Shown here: positions 11,776-25,200 of the stretch, piece by piece
How the letters are laid out: each line of letters opens with the position of its first letter
Numbering within the stretch: the stretch's first letter is position 1
From: Azolla caroliniana
Taxonomy: Eukaryota > Plantae > Polypodiophyta
Assembly: GCA_043228905.1 (NCBI GenBank)
Contig: JBHGNT010000001.1
Coordinates: forward strand, 12,958,001 to 13,022,000
DNA: 64,000 nucleotides
Direction: 5' to 3'
Position numbers and translations under genes: made by a program
The notes under the pieces: model-generated
Seen by the model: the letters and a program-made list of their open reading frames with translations, nothing else
Databases searched by the model: none
What the model was told of the DNA's origin: nothing

Positions 11776-14700
11776 AGAGGGCTATCAAGGCGTGGGGCCG
11801 TGATAGTCCGGACACCCGGGAAAAACACCACAAATGTATAGTACGGAAGAAGACCTGTACCATAGGTAGGAAATTTTGGTTCTCCGACAACGGAGGTTGT
11901 ACTATGGCTGACGTCAACAGCCGGGAAAGGAAGCGAGCGGAGGAGTGGCTCAGGGGATGCGGAGTCCTCTTTCCCGACGAAGACATCAACGGCGCCGTGG
12001 AGGTGGTCTCTTTTGACGACACCTTGGGCGAGTTGCGAAAGGTGATCGGTGAAGACCTTAGAGAAGACCGGACCATTCCAGTAGGTTCGATGGGAATGTA
12101 CGAAGTCATCGCGGACTTCGGGGAAAGGATCGGGTTGGATCGGGCGGCCCGCGTGGATACAAAGTACAATACTGTGGACCGGAAGGTGAGGCCAGTTGCG
12201 GCACCCTTGCCGGAGGGCAGCGAGGAGCGGATAAAAGGGGTAGCGTCGGACCTGAGTTTACGGAATCCGGCTGGCATAGGGCACCGGTTCACCGACATAA
12301 TGCTACAGGAGCTCAAGGTTGGTGGGGGTGGCTTTCTACTGCCGGCAGAGAACAGGTTTCGGAGAATGCTCGGAAAGCATGGGAAAGCCTTCGCGTTCTC
12401 GCCGGAGGAGATCGGGTGCGTGGACCCGACAATCGTCGAACCGATGGTGATCTTCACGGTACCGCATGTACCGTGGAATCTCAAACCAATTCCGGTGTCG
12501 AGAGCTCACATCCCGAAGTTGATGGAGCTTCTAAAGCAAAAGGTGGAGATGGGCATCTTCGAACCGTCGAGTGCCCCGTATTCGAAACGATGGTTTACGG
12601 TGCCGAAGAAGAACGACACGCTGCGCTTCATTCAGGACTTGCAACCGGTCAACAAGGTGACCATCCGTAACGCAGGAATCGGACCGACCATAGACGAGTT
12701 CGCGGCGGCCTTCGCTGGAAGGTCGATCTATTCGGTCAGTGACTTATACTCGGGGTACGACCAGTTCCAGCTAGCCGTGGAAAGTAGGGATATCACGACG
12801 ATGCGAACTCCTCTCGGCCTAGTACGGATGTGCACCCTACCACAAGGCGGGACAAATTCGGTGGCGCATATGGTGAACGCAATGAACAAGGTGCTAAGGG
12901 ACTACATCCCGGACATCACCATGCCATTCTTGGAAGACATCCCGATAAAGGGGTGTCCGGTGAATGACGTGGACGAAGCTGTCGGGCCAGACAGATGCCA
13001 GAGGTTCATCGCGAACCACATCAACGACTGTGAGAAGGTGCTACAGAGACTAGAAGGCGTGAGGCTCACCTTCTCGGGGGAAAAATCAGCCTTCGGACAA
13101 TCAGAAATCATGGTCGTCGGGCACCTATGCGGACCATACGGTCGGAAACCGTCTCCGGCCAAGGTGGAAGCCATCTCTGCGATGAAGCATGACTGCAATT
13201 CGGTCACGGAGGTCCGCAGATTCTTGGGAGCATGCGCATTCTACCACATCTGGATCCCGCACTACGCACATGTCGCAGAACCCCTCTACGGACTTTGAAA
13301 AAGGGGCGTAGCTTTGAGTGGGGGACGGAGCACACGGAGTCGGTACGGAGACTAAAGGAGGCGCTTACGGTAGCATCGGCTCTCCGTAAAGCGGTTTACG
13401 GCAAGGATGTCCCCATTTGCGTGACGGTGGACACTAACCCGACCGGGATCGGGTGGGTAATCAGTCAAGAGGACAAGGACGGCATACGATTCCCGATCCG
13501 GTTCGGGGTGAAGGTATTGAGCGAGCGGCAACGAGGATACGCCCAAGTTAAGCGCGAGCTTTGGGGTATCGTTTCGGCAGTCAAGGCCGACAAGGACTAT
13601 CTGATCGGGACGGAGGTGATCATCGAGACGGACTGCCTGCCGATACTCGGCATGGTTTCCGGATGCGCGACGCCGGACCTAGCAATGCTCCGGTGGATAG
13701 CGTACATTAAGTCCCTGAACCCGGAGATACGGCACATCTCCGGAAAGGATAACGCCATGGCCGACATGCTTTCGAGAGCAAGGTTCAACGACGAAGATGA
13801 CATGGTTTCGGATGACGAAGAAGTCGGCGAGGACTTCTTCGGGTCAGCTAACGTAGAGACGAGGGAAAGGGACACTCCGACGCTTAACGAATTTGACGAA
13901 AGCAGGTACGGCGGGGAGTGGCTCCAAATCGGGAGGTTCCTACGGACGATGACGCGGGACGCAACATGGACGAGAGAAGAGGCGAGCCGGGTACGGAAGA
14001 AGGCGTACCGATTCCTCCTGCGGGAAAAGTGCATATGGAGGCACCCAAAGAAGAGAAATGGCATCCCGCTCCGAGTAGTGACAAAGAAAGAAGAATAGGA
14101 GGAACTATTGGCGGCATTTCACGAGAGTCCCTGGGCCGGGCACCGCGGAACATGGGCCACGTTCGAGAAGCTGAAGGAGAAGTACTAGTGGCCGGGGCTG
14201 TACCAAGACGTGCAACGGTTCGTAATGACTTGCGAAAGCTGTCAGATGCACTCCACAGTCCGACACCGGGATGAGCTACACCTAACCTACCCGCCTACGG
14301 TCCATTTCAAGTGGATGGTGGACTTGGTGACGATGCCGATGGGAGTAGGACAGATGCGATACCTGGTGCTTGCACAGGAAGACTTAACGAACCAGGTGGA
14401 AGGCCGTGCACTGTAGAACAAGACAACCGCGGCGGTATGCCGGTTCCTGATCGGAGAGGTAATGTGTCGGTATGGGTGCGTCGGGAGGATCGTGGCGGAC
14501 CGGGGAGAGCTGGATGCGCGGGAAGCTGAGGAGCTGTTCGACCGGCTAGGCATCAAACTCTCCCTCACTACGGCGTACAATCCAGAGGCGAACGGAAAGG
14601 TAGAACGTGGGCACGGGCCGATCGTAAAGGTGTTGGTGCGTGCATGCGGAGGGCAGGTCGGGAATTGGCCGTGACTCCTTCCTTACCCACTATGGGCGGA

Positions 14701-15253
14701 CCGAACTACGCACAGTTTGGTGACAGGGTTTATGCCGGCAGAGCTGATGTATGGATAGAAGCCGATCATGCCGGTGGAACGGACGGTTTCTTCATGGGCG
14801 GCGGTAGATTGGAAGGACGAAATGAGCCGGGAGGAGTTGCTAGCGGCGCGGATTCGGCAACTCGAGTGGAGGCCGGAGGATGTGAAACAGGCGAAGGAAA
14901 AGCTGCGAGCAGCAAGGGAGCGGAACAAGACCCGGTTCAACCGGACGCACCGGTTGCGACCAAAGAAGATCGAGGAAGGCGACTAGGTCTTGGTATACGA
15001 CAACAACCTCGACAATCAGCACAAGGTGGTGCGAAAGTTCGCTAGGAGATGGTTCGGGCCCACGGTGATGAGCGCGAACGACAACGGCACGTACCACCTC
15101 GCGGAACTCGACGGGACACGGTTAGCAGTGTCGGTGGCCAGGAAGTGGATCAAAGCGTTCAAGAAGCGGTTCGAAGACAAGCCGGAGCCTGCGAGCGGGA
15201 GCGACAACGACGATCAGTTTGGGCCCAGCGGAGAATCGGAGAACGACGAGTGA
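11766..15253 (+). pseudogene. pol: pol (RT-RNase H-integrase) of A
   Basis: DLYSGYDQF, LPQGGTNSV, PFLEDI (YxDD position mutated), ETDCLP, NAMADMLSR, HHCC (CESCQMH), TAYNPEANGKVER; several stops and frameshifts. Confidence 0.93.
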
Positions 15254-15322
15254 AGCCGGTTTTCTTCGGTATCTACCTATCTCTGGCGCATGCCGGTGGA
15301 TGCGCGGTTTGGTGGGGGTGGA

Positions 15323-15892
15323 TGTCGTGAAGAAAACCAGGCATAGGCGGAATTGGAGAAAAAGGCGCATGAACTGGCTCTTACACGGATGGGCGCATGA
15401 ATTAATATTTTGATATTTTGTACATGATTCATAAATGGATTGGCTGATGTAAATACTAAGTAGTACACATTTATTAGGGGATTGTGCGTATCTCTGTCAG
15501 AAGGGACAGGGAATAAAGCGATTTGACTAGGGCGAAAGGGCACCTCCTTTTGGGAACTATTTAAGGAAGAGAGAGAAGGGAGAGAAGATATCGTGCGTTG
15601 GCGAGGACGAAGTGCTGCTGCAGAACCGAGTGCCGGTCTCTCTCTCTCCTCAAATCGTCGTTCTCTGCGGGTGTCGGGAGTTCGCTGCCTCTGCTTCGTG
15701 GACAGTCCGTGTGCTTCCAGTAGAGTCTCTCTCCTTCCCCTTTCCCCTCTTGTTTCTTCGAGTTGTGTGGCTGTCGTCGGTGTGCGTGAGTAGGACCCCG
15801 TGTCGGGTCCATTACTGGGTTGCCGGTTGTAAGCTACTGACTAGAGTAATCAGATTCCTGTCTTTCTTGCTCTTAATCTCTGTGTGTGTACT

Positions 15893-15923
<31 letters not shown>

Positions 15924-15983
15924 TTGGTTCGAGACCCCCGTGGTCCCGCCTCTTTCTCCACGCAGGCGCGTAACAATGCGACA
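15323..15983 (+). repeat. 3' LTR of A
   Basis: Direct repeat of 3848-4512, preceded by PPT. Confidence 0.95.
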
Positions 15984-15987
15984 ACGT

Positions 15988-17471
15988 GTTATCCAATACG
16001 GTCTGGTCCATCAGAACCGTAGCTTTCTCGGCATTTGACCCATCCGGGTCTGGAACACCAGTACCGGCTTGTCGATCTCGAACATCTTCTCATTGCCCTT
16101 CCGGTGCCGATCGACAAACGCCTTGCTTCGTCGTTGCTCTAGTTCCAATTGCATGAGACTTGCTATCCGATGCTCCTCGAGTTTGCATAATGGGGCTAAC
16201 CAGATCTTTTCTGATTCCTTTTCACTTAGTCATTCTCTAACCTGTATCCACAAACTCGGAACCTGAAATTCGATCGACATTACTGCTTCAAGCCCAAATG
16301 CTAACCGGAATGGTGTTGACCGGATACTCATTTTGTATGCCGTCCGATATGCCCATAGTGCACTATGCATCTTGGTATCCCAATCAGTTTAGTTGCCATT
16401 GACGATCTTTTGTAGGATATTTTGGAATGTTGTTAAGCTCTCCACTACTTGACCTAGAAAATGTTCACCTTGGTCGCTAATTAACTCGATCGGGCATCCA
16501 TACCGGCACTAGATGCCGCAGTGTTGTCCCGCAACGCCTTGGCTTCCACCCACTTGGTGCAATAATCGGTGGTGACTATAACATATTTGTTGCCGGTTCT
16601 CATTGTGGGGGGTTTAAACGGCCCAACGAAATCCAGCCCCCATTTCTGAAAGGGTTCTAAGGGTAGCACTGGCTGGTGAGGCATCATTGCCTGTTCTGTT
16701 GGTTGGCCCATCCGCTGACATAAATCACAGACTCCTTTAGTGTCGTCAGCCACCATAGCCCATTGTGCCATATCTTTCTTGCCATGGCGTCCCAGGCATA
16801 GTGCCCTCCGACAACGCCACAATGCGCTTCTCGTAATATTGTGTCCTTTTCGTCTCTTCGCACTGCTCGCCGCCATATGCCATCCATGCCTTTGTGGTAC
16901 AGGGTGTCCTGTACTAGACAAAAATGTCGGCTTTGCACTGTTAACCGCTTTCGCTCATCCCAGTTCATCTCCTCTGGTGGGAGTCTCGTGCTTAGGAATT
17001 GATGCATGCTGGTTAGCCATTTGTCTTCGTCGACTACCGTGCTATCAGCTGCCGTTTCTGTTGTTACTTTAAACAACTCGGCGTCCGGAAACTCATCCAG
17101 GATTCCATCACCAGTCTCGCCGGAATCTAACTGGCTCAGATAATCGGCAACCGCATGCTGTATTCCCGGCCGGTGATATATTTCAAACTCAAACTCTTGT
17201 AGCAATAATGTCCATCGGGCCAACTTGCCGGTGAGCGATGCCTTTGAGACCAAATATAATAACGCTGAGTGGTTAACATGAAATGAAAATTTATTGCCCA
17301 ATAAATAGTGCTTGAACTTGGTAACACTGTAAATCATCCCTAAGGCTTCTCTTTCCGTTGTTGAATAATTTCGTTCTGCCTAGGATAGTTTCCGGCTAGC
17401 ATAATAGACCGGTCGGTACCATTTCGGTTCCGTCAGTTGCATTAGTGTGCTACCGATTGCTATGTCGGACG
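15988..17471 (-). pseudogene. pol: G1 RNase H and integrase
   Basis: ORFs 16684..17337 and 16481..16921 ([35 protein letters not shown]). Confidence 0.9.
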
Positions 17472-20400
17472 TGTTGAGCGGCAAGCTCAACCGGATCCGG
17501 ATCGACATCCGGAAGGATGAAGCCGGATCGGTGAGACGGATCGGTGAGTTCACTTCCTACAGAGGTATGGTGAGGTATGGTGAGTTCACTTCCTACAGAG
17601 AAGCTCGACCGGAGCAACTACGCGTCTTGGTCATATAAAATGCACCAGTACCTACTGGGGCATGGGTATTGGAGTTTCGTGGAAGGAACGAATGAGGTAG
17701 CACCAATGCCTGCACACAAGGACTTCCCGGTATGGGAGCAAGGAGCGAGCCGAGTATTATACTGCCTCGCGTCCTGTGTGCATGACTAGCTGCTTGGCTA
17801 CATCAGGGATGCAAAGACGCCGAAGGAGGCCTGGGAAAATCTGCGGAAGATTTTCACCGCAAGTACCACAGCCCGCAAGTTGCAGCTTCAGCAAGAGTTG
17901 AACAACATCTGACAAAGAGATATGTCGGTTACGGACTACACCACCAAAATAAAGGAGATTTGCGATGCGCTCGGGTCCATCAACGTGACGGTGGAGGGAG
18001 ACGAAATGGTACAAATCTGCCTTGGTGGTCTAACGCAAAGGTACGGGCCAATCCGGACAACGATCTGCACCCGAGAGAAACCACCGACCTTCTTCAACTT
18101 GCAATCGATGCTGATGGTCGAAGAAAACCACGTGAGTGGGTCCAGGACCACTCAATCGGACAACCGGATGCTGCACACGGAGGCGGATGGGCCCTGTGGG
18201 CGTGGGGGACGAGGTGGGTCGGCACGCACTGGAGGCGGCCGGCAAGAGTAGGAAAGAAGGCACAGAGAACGTGCCGACAATAGTTCTGGGACTTCCATAA
18301 GCAGGGGGAGTCAAGGCGGCGCCGGAGGCCGGCAAGACAAACTTGCCACGGAATGCTGGTACTGTGGCAAAAAGGGCCAGAGAGAAAGTGAGTGCTGGAA
18401 GAAGCGCGCTGATTCGGACAGATCTGGATCTGGCAAAACCGGTCGGGAGAACCGGCAAAGCTCGCACTACGCGCAAGGATTGAAAGGATCCGGAACCGGG
18501 AAGACTGGTAAGGGGCTAGCCTTGGTGATGAAGCACGAGGCAAATTCAATGAAGAAGACCACTTCCAAATCGGAGGAAGTATGGTATGTTGATTCCGGTG
18601 CGTCGCATCACATGACGAGCCACAAAGAGTGGTTCTCCTTCTTAGAGAAACCGGAACAACCGGGTGTCGTCGAAACCGGAGATGACACTCCTCATCCAAT
18701 CGTGCATGTCGAAGAAGTCCCTTTGAGCCACGTCGGGTAGAGGGGGAAGCTGATGAACGTATTACACGTTTCGACTATCACGAAGAACCTGGTGTCAGTT
18801 GGTCAGATCGTTGACCAGGGGATGCAGGTGCGGTTTACGCATTCGGGTGCTTCATTGAGGATGAGGGCCAGATTATTGCGCAAGGGCGTAGAGACGGGAG
18901 GATGTTCATCCTCGAAACCAATGACGTTAGCATTGCTTTGTTTGCAGAAGGACAGAAGGTCGAGTTGGATATCGATCTCTGGCACAAGCGGATCGGCCAC
19001 GTCAATTACCGACGGCTTCAAGACTTGCAAACAAAACAAGTTGTTTTCGGTTTGCCGAAGTTTAGTGGCCGGAAGGCTCATCTATGTGAAGCTTGCCAAC
19101 TCGGGAAGCAACACCGACTTCCATTCCCCATCGAACGAAACCGTAGCCGTAACAAGCTCAACCTTATTCATTCGGATGTATGCCGACCGACACAAAACGT
19201 GAGTCTTGGCGGGAGTCGATACTTCGTTTCCTTCATCGACGACTATACCCGGCACACATGGATCTACCTTGTTGAGCGGAAGAGCAAAGTCTTCAACTGT
19301 TTCCGGAACCTCCAAAGCATGGTGGAATGGGAATTGGAGAGGAAGATCAAGTGCCTACGGTCAGATGGCAGAATGGCAGAAAAGAATATTTTTCGGGCCA
19401 ATTCAACAGTTATCGACAACAAACAAGAATTTGGAGAGAGTTCAGCTGCAGATACACACCGGAGCAAAATGGTGTGGTCGAAAGGAAGAACCGATCGCTT
19501 GTCGACGCGGCAAGGGCAATGCTGGAAGAGAAGAGCATGCCCCATTTCTATTGGGCGGAGGCGGTCCAGACGACCGTCTACATTCAGAACCGGATCGGTG
19601 ACAAGGTGTCCATGCATGAGGTGTATTTCGGGCGCAAGACGAATTTGAGACACCTTCGGATATTCGGCAGCATAGCATATGTGCATGTTCTGAATGAGAA
19701 GCGGAGGAAGTTGGATGCAAAATCGGAGAAATGCATCCTCGTCGGCTACTCACATGAGCAAAAGGGGTATAATTGTTATAACCCTCGGACGAAGCAGGTC
19801 CGAGTTAGCCGCAATGTCGAGTTCGATGAAACGACATCATGGTACTCCTTACCAACTCCGACTTCCGACCCCGACCCGATGCCGGAGGATGGGGCTAGTG
19901 AGCCTGAACCCGCCCAGGTAGAAGATGATGAATCCGGGACTCAAGAGGAGAGTCCGGAATCGTTTCGGTTGAGTGGGCCGAATGAGTGGCTGAGTCGGGA
20001 TGACTAGTCGGATAAGGAACCGGCGAGTAATGGAGACTCTGTCGTGCTCTCCCCGCGCAAGGAACCAAGGAGACGGTTCACGCGCAAAGAGAAGGGGAAG
20101 AAGAAAATGCCGGAATACGAAACTGGCAACGTTGAGTCGGATCGGAGTGAATCCGACTCCGGTAAGGACGAAGGCGGATCTTCGGGAACAAAATCCGAAC
20201 CGGCCAAGAAGGGCCTCAAACCGGGTAATGATAAGTTACACCGGTCTTCCCTCTAGAAGAACCCCGTGAAGCGGTATGGGTATAATGAGTACATGGCGCA
20301 TCACTATGCGTACATGACCAAGGTGGCGGAAGTGCGTGAGCCAGAGAGCTACGCAAAAGCGGCAAAGGACGGCAATTGGCGTGCTGCTATGTAGGAAGAA

Positions 20401-21103
20401 ATGCGGGCACTTGATGCCAATGACACATGGGACCTAGTTGACCCTCCCCGACACTGTAAACCGATCGGATGCAAGTGGGTGTACAAGGTAAAGTACAATG
20501 CCGACGGTTCAGTTAACCGGTACAAGGCCCGGTTAGTGGCGAAGGGATACACACAAACCCACAGAATCGACTACGATGAGACCTTCGCCCTAGTAGCGAA
20601 GATGACGATGGTTCATGTGGTACTGGCAGTTGCTGCGGCAAGGGGGTGACATCTTCACTAGATGGACGTGAAGAATGTGTTTCTTCAATGAGATCTTGAA
20701 GAAGAGGTCTTTATGAACCAACCCCCTAGTTTCCAGACGGAGATGAACAAGTCGGCGGTATGCTGGCTGAAGAAGTCACTCTATGGCCTGAAGCAAGCCC
20801 CCCGAGCTTGGAATGCGAAGATCACGCACCGATTGCGTAATATGGGGTTTGCGGCCTCCAAGTCCAACTCTTTGTTGTTCATCCAGCAAGGTCCGGTTTG
20901 CATTTTGCTGTATGTTGATGATCTAGTCATCACCGGACCCAGACTCGATGAAATCAGCCGAGTCCAGGCCCAGTTGTCGGACACATTTGAGATGAAGGAC
21001 CTAGGGGACTTGCATTATTTTCTTGGGATCGAGGTGATCCGAACCCTCGATGGCATATTGCTCTCACAGAGACACTATGTGTTGAGTATGCTGTACAAGT
21101 TCG

Positions 21104-21663
21104 TGACAGGAATGCACGCTCCCTTTCCACAACACTCGGCCACCACCGAGTCTAAAATCAAACACATAAAAACGGGAATGAAATGCACGACACAAAGGAG
21201 AGAAGAGTAGACAGGATGTTTAACGTGGAAAACCCTGAGAGGGAAAACCACGGGAGTCCACAGACTCCAAAACTATCACTATGTCACAGTGAGCTTACGG
21301 AGGCAACGACCTCGTGCTCACGATCTTCGCCACAGGTGGTGGTTACAACAGACGCAACGACCTCTTCCTCTCTCTCTCTCTGTACACTGTTACGCGCTCT
21401 CTAGTCTTGCACCAACAAGAATGACAACATTTTTCATTCTCTGTTTGCCCTAAGTCATATTTATACTAATATGACTTTTCGGCTATTTACAAATATAGCC
21501 CCGATGGACTCTCAAAAACATATTTACAAATATGTCCCTTCATCCGGTGATCACTCTTCACCGGGCTTGCATCATCCGGCGCTTGCCGGGCACTCATCAT
21601 CCGGTTCTCACCGGGTCATTCGTAGTCGGGTACTCCTCATCCGGAGGGACCTGTTTCCTAACA
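21104..21663 (-). mobile_element. Solo LTR of the Tork-like T family inside C1 RT, TSD GTTCG
   Basis: TG..CA, 560 bp; GTTCG at 21099-21103 and 21664-21668; reverse complement resembles LTR 30463-31073. Confidence 0.92.
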
Positions 21664-22249
21664 GTTCGGCATGACGGAATGTGGACCGATATCCACACCC
21701 CTGCATCGGAACCAAAAGCTCCGTCCCGACTCCGGACCGGCCTGCGATGAGAAACGGTTCCGACAAATTGTCGGAAGCCTTATATATTTGACCATCACCT
21801 GACCCGACATTAGCTATTCGATCGGTATGATTAGCCAATTCATGCAGAAGCCGACCATAGAGCATCTTCAGTGCGCGCACCGAATACTGCGGTATGTGAG
21901 CGGCATGAAGGACCAGGGACTGTTATACCGACGAGGTATAACCGAAGAGCTAGTCGGTTACACGGATGCCGACTGGGCCGACGATGCATCAGATCGCCGA
22001 TCAACTTCCGGTTACATGTTCTCCCTTGGTAATGCAGCTGTTGCGTGGAGCAGCAAAAAGCAACCAACAGTGGCTCTTTCGAGCACTGAGGCTGAATACC
22101 GGGGCGCTACCGTTGCCACCTGTGAAGCCATTTGGCTTCGGCGACTGTTGCAAGACCTGCGGATCGAGGTGCCGAACCTGATCCTGATCTATTGCGACAA
22201 CATAAGCAGCATGCAGCTCGCCAAGAATCCCATATTCCATGCTCGCACA

Positions 22250-25200
22250 AAGCACATAGAAGTGCACTACCACTACGTGCGTGAGCGTGTCCTGAGCGGT
22301 GAAGTCGGACTTCGGGATATTCATACGGATCGGCAAGTTGCCGACATCTTCACCAAACTGCTCGGATTGGACAAGTTGCAGCACTTCACCAAAATGCTTG
22401 GTGTTCAGCATCTCGACATGCCACACTTGAGGGGGAGAACAGGCAAAGACACCGGAAAAGGGCAAAGGCAAAGAGACTGTCGATTGCGCTAGTGAGGGAA
22501 GAACCGACAAAGGGAGAGACAAAAAGAAGAAAGGAGCCGAGTCGACAAAGGAAGTTGACACATCCGAACAAGTTGGAGCAAGCGACAACGATGGTAGAGC
22601 TGACCGGAAGAAGAAGGCCAAGACCCGAACATGGTCCGATGTGGTGAAGGGCCTGGAACTGGAAAACGAATCGGGAGCGACCGATTCAGACAAGAGCTGG
22701 AACGAATCGGAGACAAGAGCTGGAACAATTCGGTTCAACAGACGGATTCGGAAGAACTGAATCAATTCAAGGCCAAGAGGACGAGATGGTAGCAAAAGTC
22801 AGTGCCAACACGAAGGAATCGACGGGTCGACAAGCACCGAAGTCATAGTAGTGAGGTAGCTGATTTGGGCCTGTTCAGCAAACAAGGCGACTGAGGATGT
22901 CGAGATGCGTAGAAATAGAAGGGTCGTGGCAAACGGGACCGGACTGGACGAGGAGCGCGAGCAAGGCGAACTGTCGCCAGAAGGTGCCGGGTGGAAGGAC
23001 GGTTGCCATGGAGACTGACACTACAATCCGACCTCAAGTTGAGCTTGAGGGGGAGTGTTGAGCGGCAAGCTCAATCGGATCCGTATCGGCTGAATAAGCC
23101 TGAGCCGGATCGGCATCCGGAAGGATGAAGCCGGATCGGTGAGACGGATCGGACGGATCGGCAAGCCGTTGAGCAAGGGAGCTGGTTAGCCGGATCTAGC
23201 AGTAACTGGAAGCCTAGTAATAGCTTAGATTACTAGGTAGTTATTGTCTCGTAGTTAGTGTCAGACGCTCGTGTGAGCATTGAAGTACACTGTACTTCTG
23301 TCAGTCCCATGAGGACTTGTATAAATAGTGCTGTTGAGCATGTTGTATGTACAGAGTGTTGATATAATTTTTGAACTTAGATTCTTGTTCTGCTCTCTCT
23401 GTCTCTCCCAAGTACTCTCTGTATTCTATGTATTATTCTCTCTCTCTCTCTCTATGTTGCTACACAACCAAGTTATTGTCTTACGCTTCCGCACATACGT
23501 TCTAACAGGACGCATCAACGAACACGTGGAATTCTTTTGACCAGTCCGCTGGTTGCACTACCGGTGCTTGTGATAGCAGTACTTTTAGTGCCCGGTAAGC
23601 CTCATCCTCCGTATTTGTCCATTGGAACGGTGTCCGGTGAACCACGACATGCAATGGTGTAGCAAGATCGACCAAATACTAGAGCATCTGGCTATGCTAC
23701 CGTATTTGCCCGAGAAACTAACTTAAAGCTTTGGCTGTGGATGGTGTCGGGGCTTCTAAGATTGCTTTCACCTTATCGGGGTCTATCGTGATCCCGTCCT
23801 TGCTGACAAGATCGCCCAGCAATGCATCGCTTGTTTCTCCGAACACATACTTTGCTGGGTTCAGGCTTAGCCTATAACTCTTGCATTTCTCAAGACATAG
23901 TCGGAGGTGTTGGAGATGTTCTCCTTTTTGGCTATACACGACGAAGTCATCCAGGAATACCTGCATGAATGCCAAAATGAACTCGCCAAATATTTCCATG
24001 ATTATTCGTTGGAAGGTCGCCGGCGCGGTCTTGAGCCCGAACATCATTACCACTGACTACAACAAAGACTCCCCATTCGGTGACGAATGCCGTCTTGTCT
24101 TGGTCGTCGGGGTGCATCCTTATCTGATTGTAGCCATTGAAACCGTCTAGGAAGCTATACACTTCATGACCGGTTACCGCGTCCAACACTCCATCCGTAA
24201 ATGGCAGTGGAAAGTCGTTGGTCACTATCGCCGCATTGAGTTTTCGGTATCAACGCACACCTGGATCTTACCGTTCTTTTTCGGCACGACGACTATGGGA
24301 CTTAACCATATAGCTTTTTTCACTGGTCGGATAAAACCTACCCGTAGCAACTTGTCAATTTCCTCTTTGACCTTTGCCACATAATTAGGGTTCATCCGGT
24401 AACACTGTTGTGCTACCGGTTTGACATTGTTAGTGAGGTGTATTTGGTGTTGGTACAACTGAGGATCCAGCCCCTGCATCTCTTCATAGGACCAGGAAAA
24501 TATGTCCCGGAATTCCTTTAATAAAGTGATCATCGCCGTCCTGTTGTCCGGTGACATTTCCTTAGCAATATGAACCGGTCTGGCGTCGTCCCCGGTCCCT
24601 AAGTTCACTTCCTCTAATTGGGATGCTTTCAAGCGTTGGGATACCGCCATCTCCCTCTCCAGAGCTTCATGTGCTTGCCGTAATTCTCTGATAGCTGCCC
24701 GATCCGGTTCCTTGACAACATCGTCCGATTGCGTTCTATATGGTGACACCGCTTCTGCCACATCGATTTCAAATAGGGGTACAATTTTTGGGTTTTCTTC
24801 TAAGTATTGGTTGACCTCTTCGTCTGCAAGCCCCTCGAGCATGTTTACACCTTCCACATATAGCGGTGTCAACTCCTTGCCTGTACTTGCTCGAGGGTGG
24901 GTAGGTACCCTTACTTTTGTCTTCCCTCGTCGGAAGGTAATCATGTTTTTCCGCTAGCTTTGCTTGATATGCGCCGTTTTTAGCCGTGGGCGGCCCAACA
25001 ACAGTAGGTAAGCCCCTTGCGCATTGAGCTGGAGAACAACCGCCGAAATGCAGAATGCGTGACCTCCGATAGTTACGTCTAGATTCCGTATCAAACCGGT
25101 AGGTCTTACCGAACTTGTATCCGCCATCCGGAGCCCAAACGGGCAAGGCTCCCATTCTTGGATTCCCAGGGTATTACAAGTCCGTAGACTGATCACGTTC

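Larger units (their letters stand above)
3848..15983 (+). mobile_element. A: full-length degenerate Ty3/gypsy element, tRNA-Trp primed, 4-bp TSD ACGT
   Basis: TG..CA LTRs 3848-4512 and 15323-15983; ACGT at 3844-3847 and 15984-15987; PBS 4517-4534; PPT 15311-15322; order gag-PR-RT-RH-INT. Confidence 0.95.
17472..23507 (+). mobile_element. C1: degenerate Ty1/copia element, TSD GGACG; most of the 5' LTR and the PBS deleted
   Basis: GGACG at 17467-17471 and 23508-23512; 3' LTR 23056-23507; PPT 23048-23055; gag, CWYCGKKGQRESEC, WYVDSGAS, INT, RT (LYVDDL), RH (ADIFTK). Confidence 0.93.
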
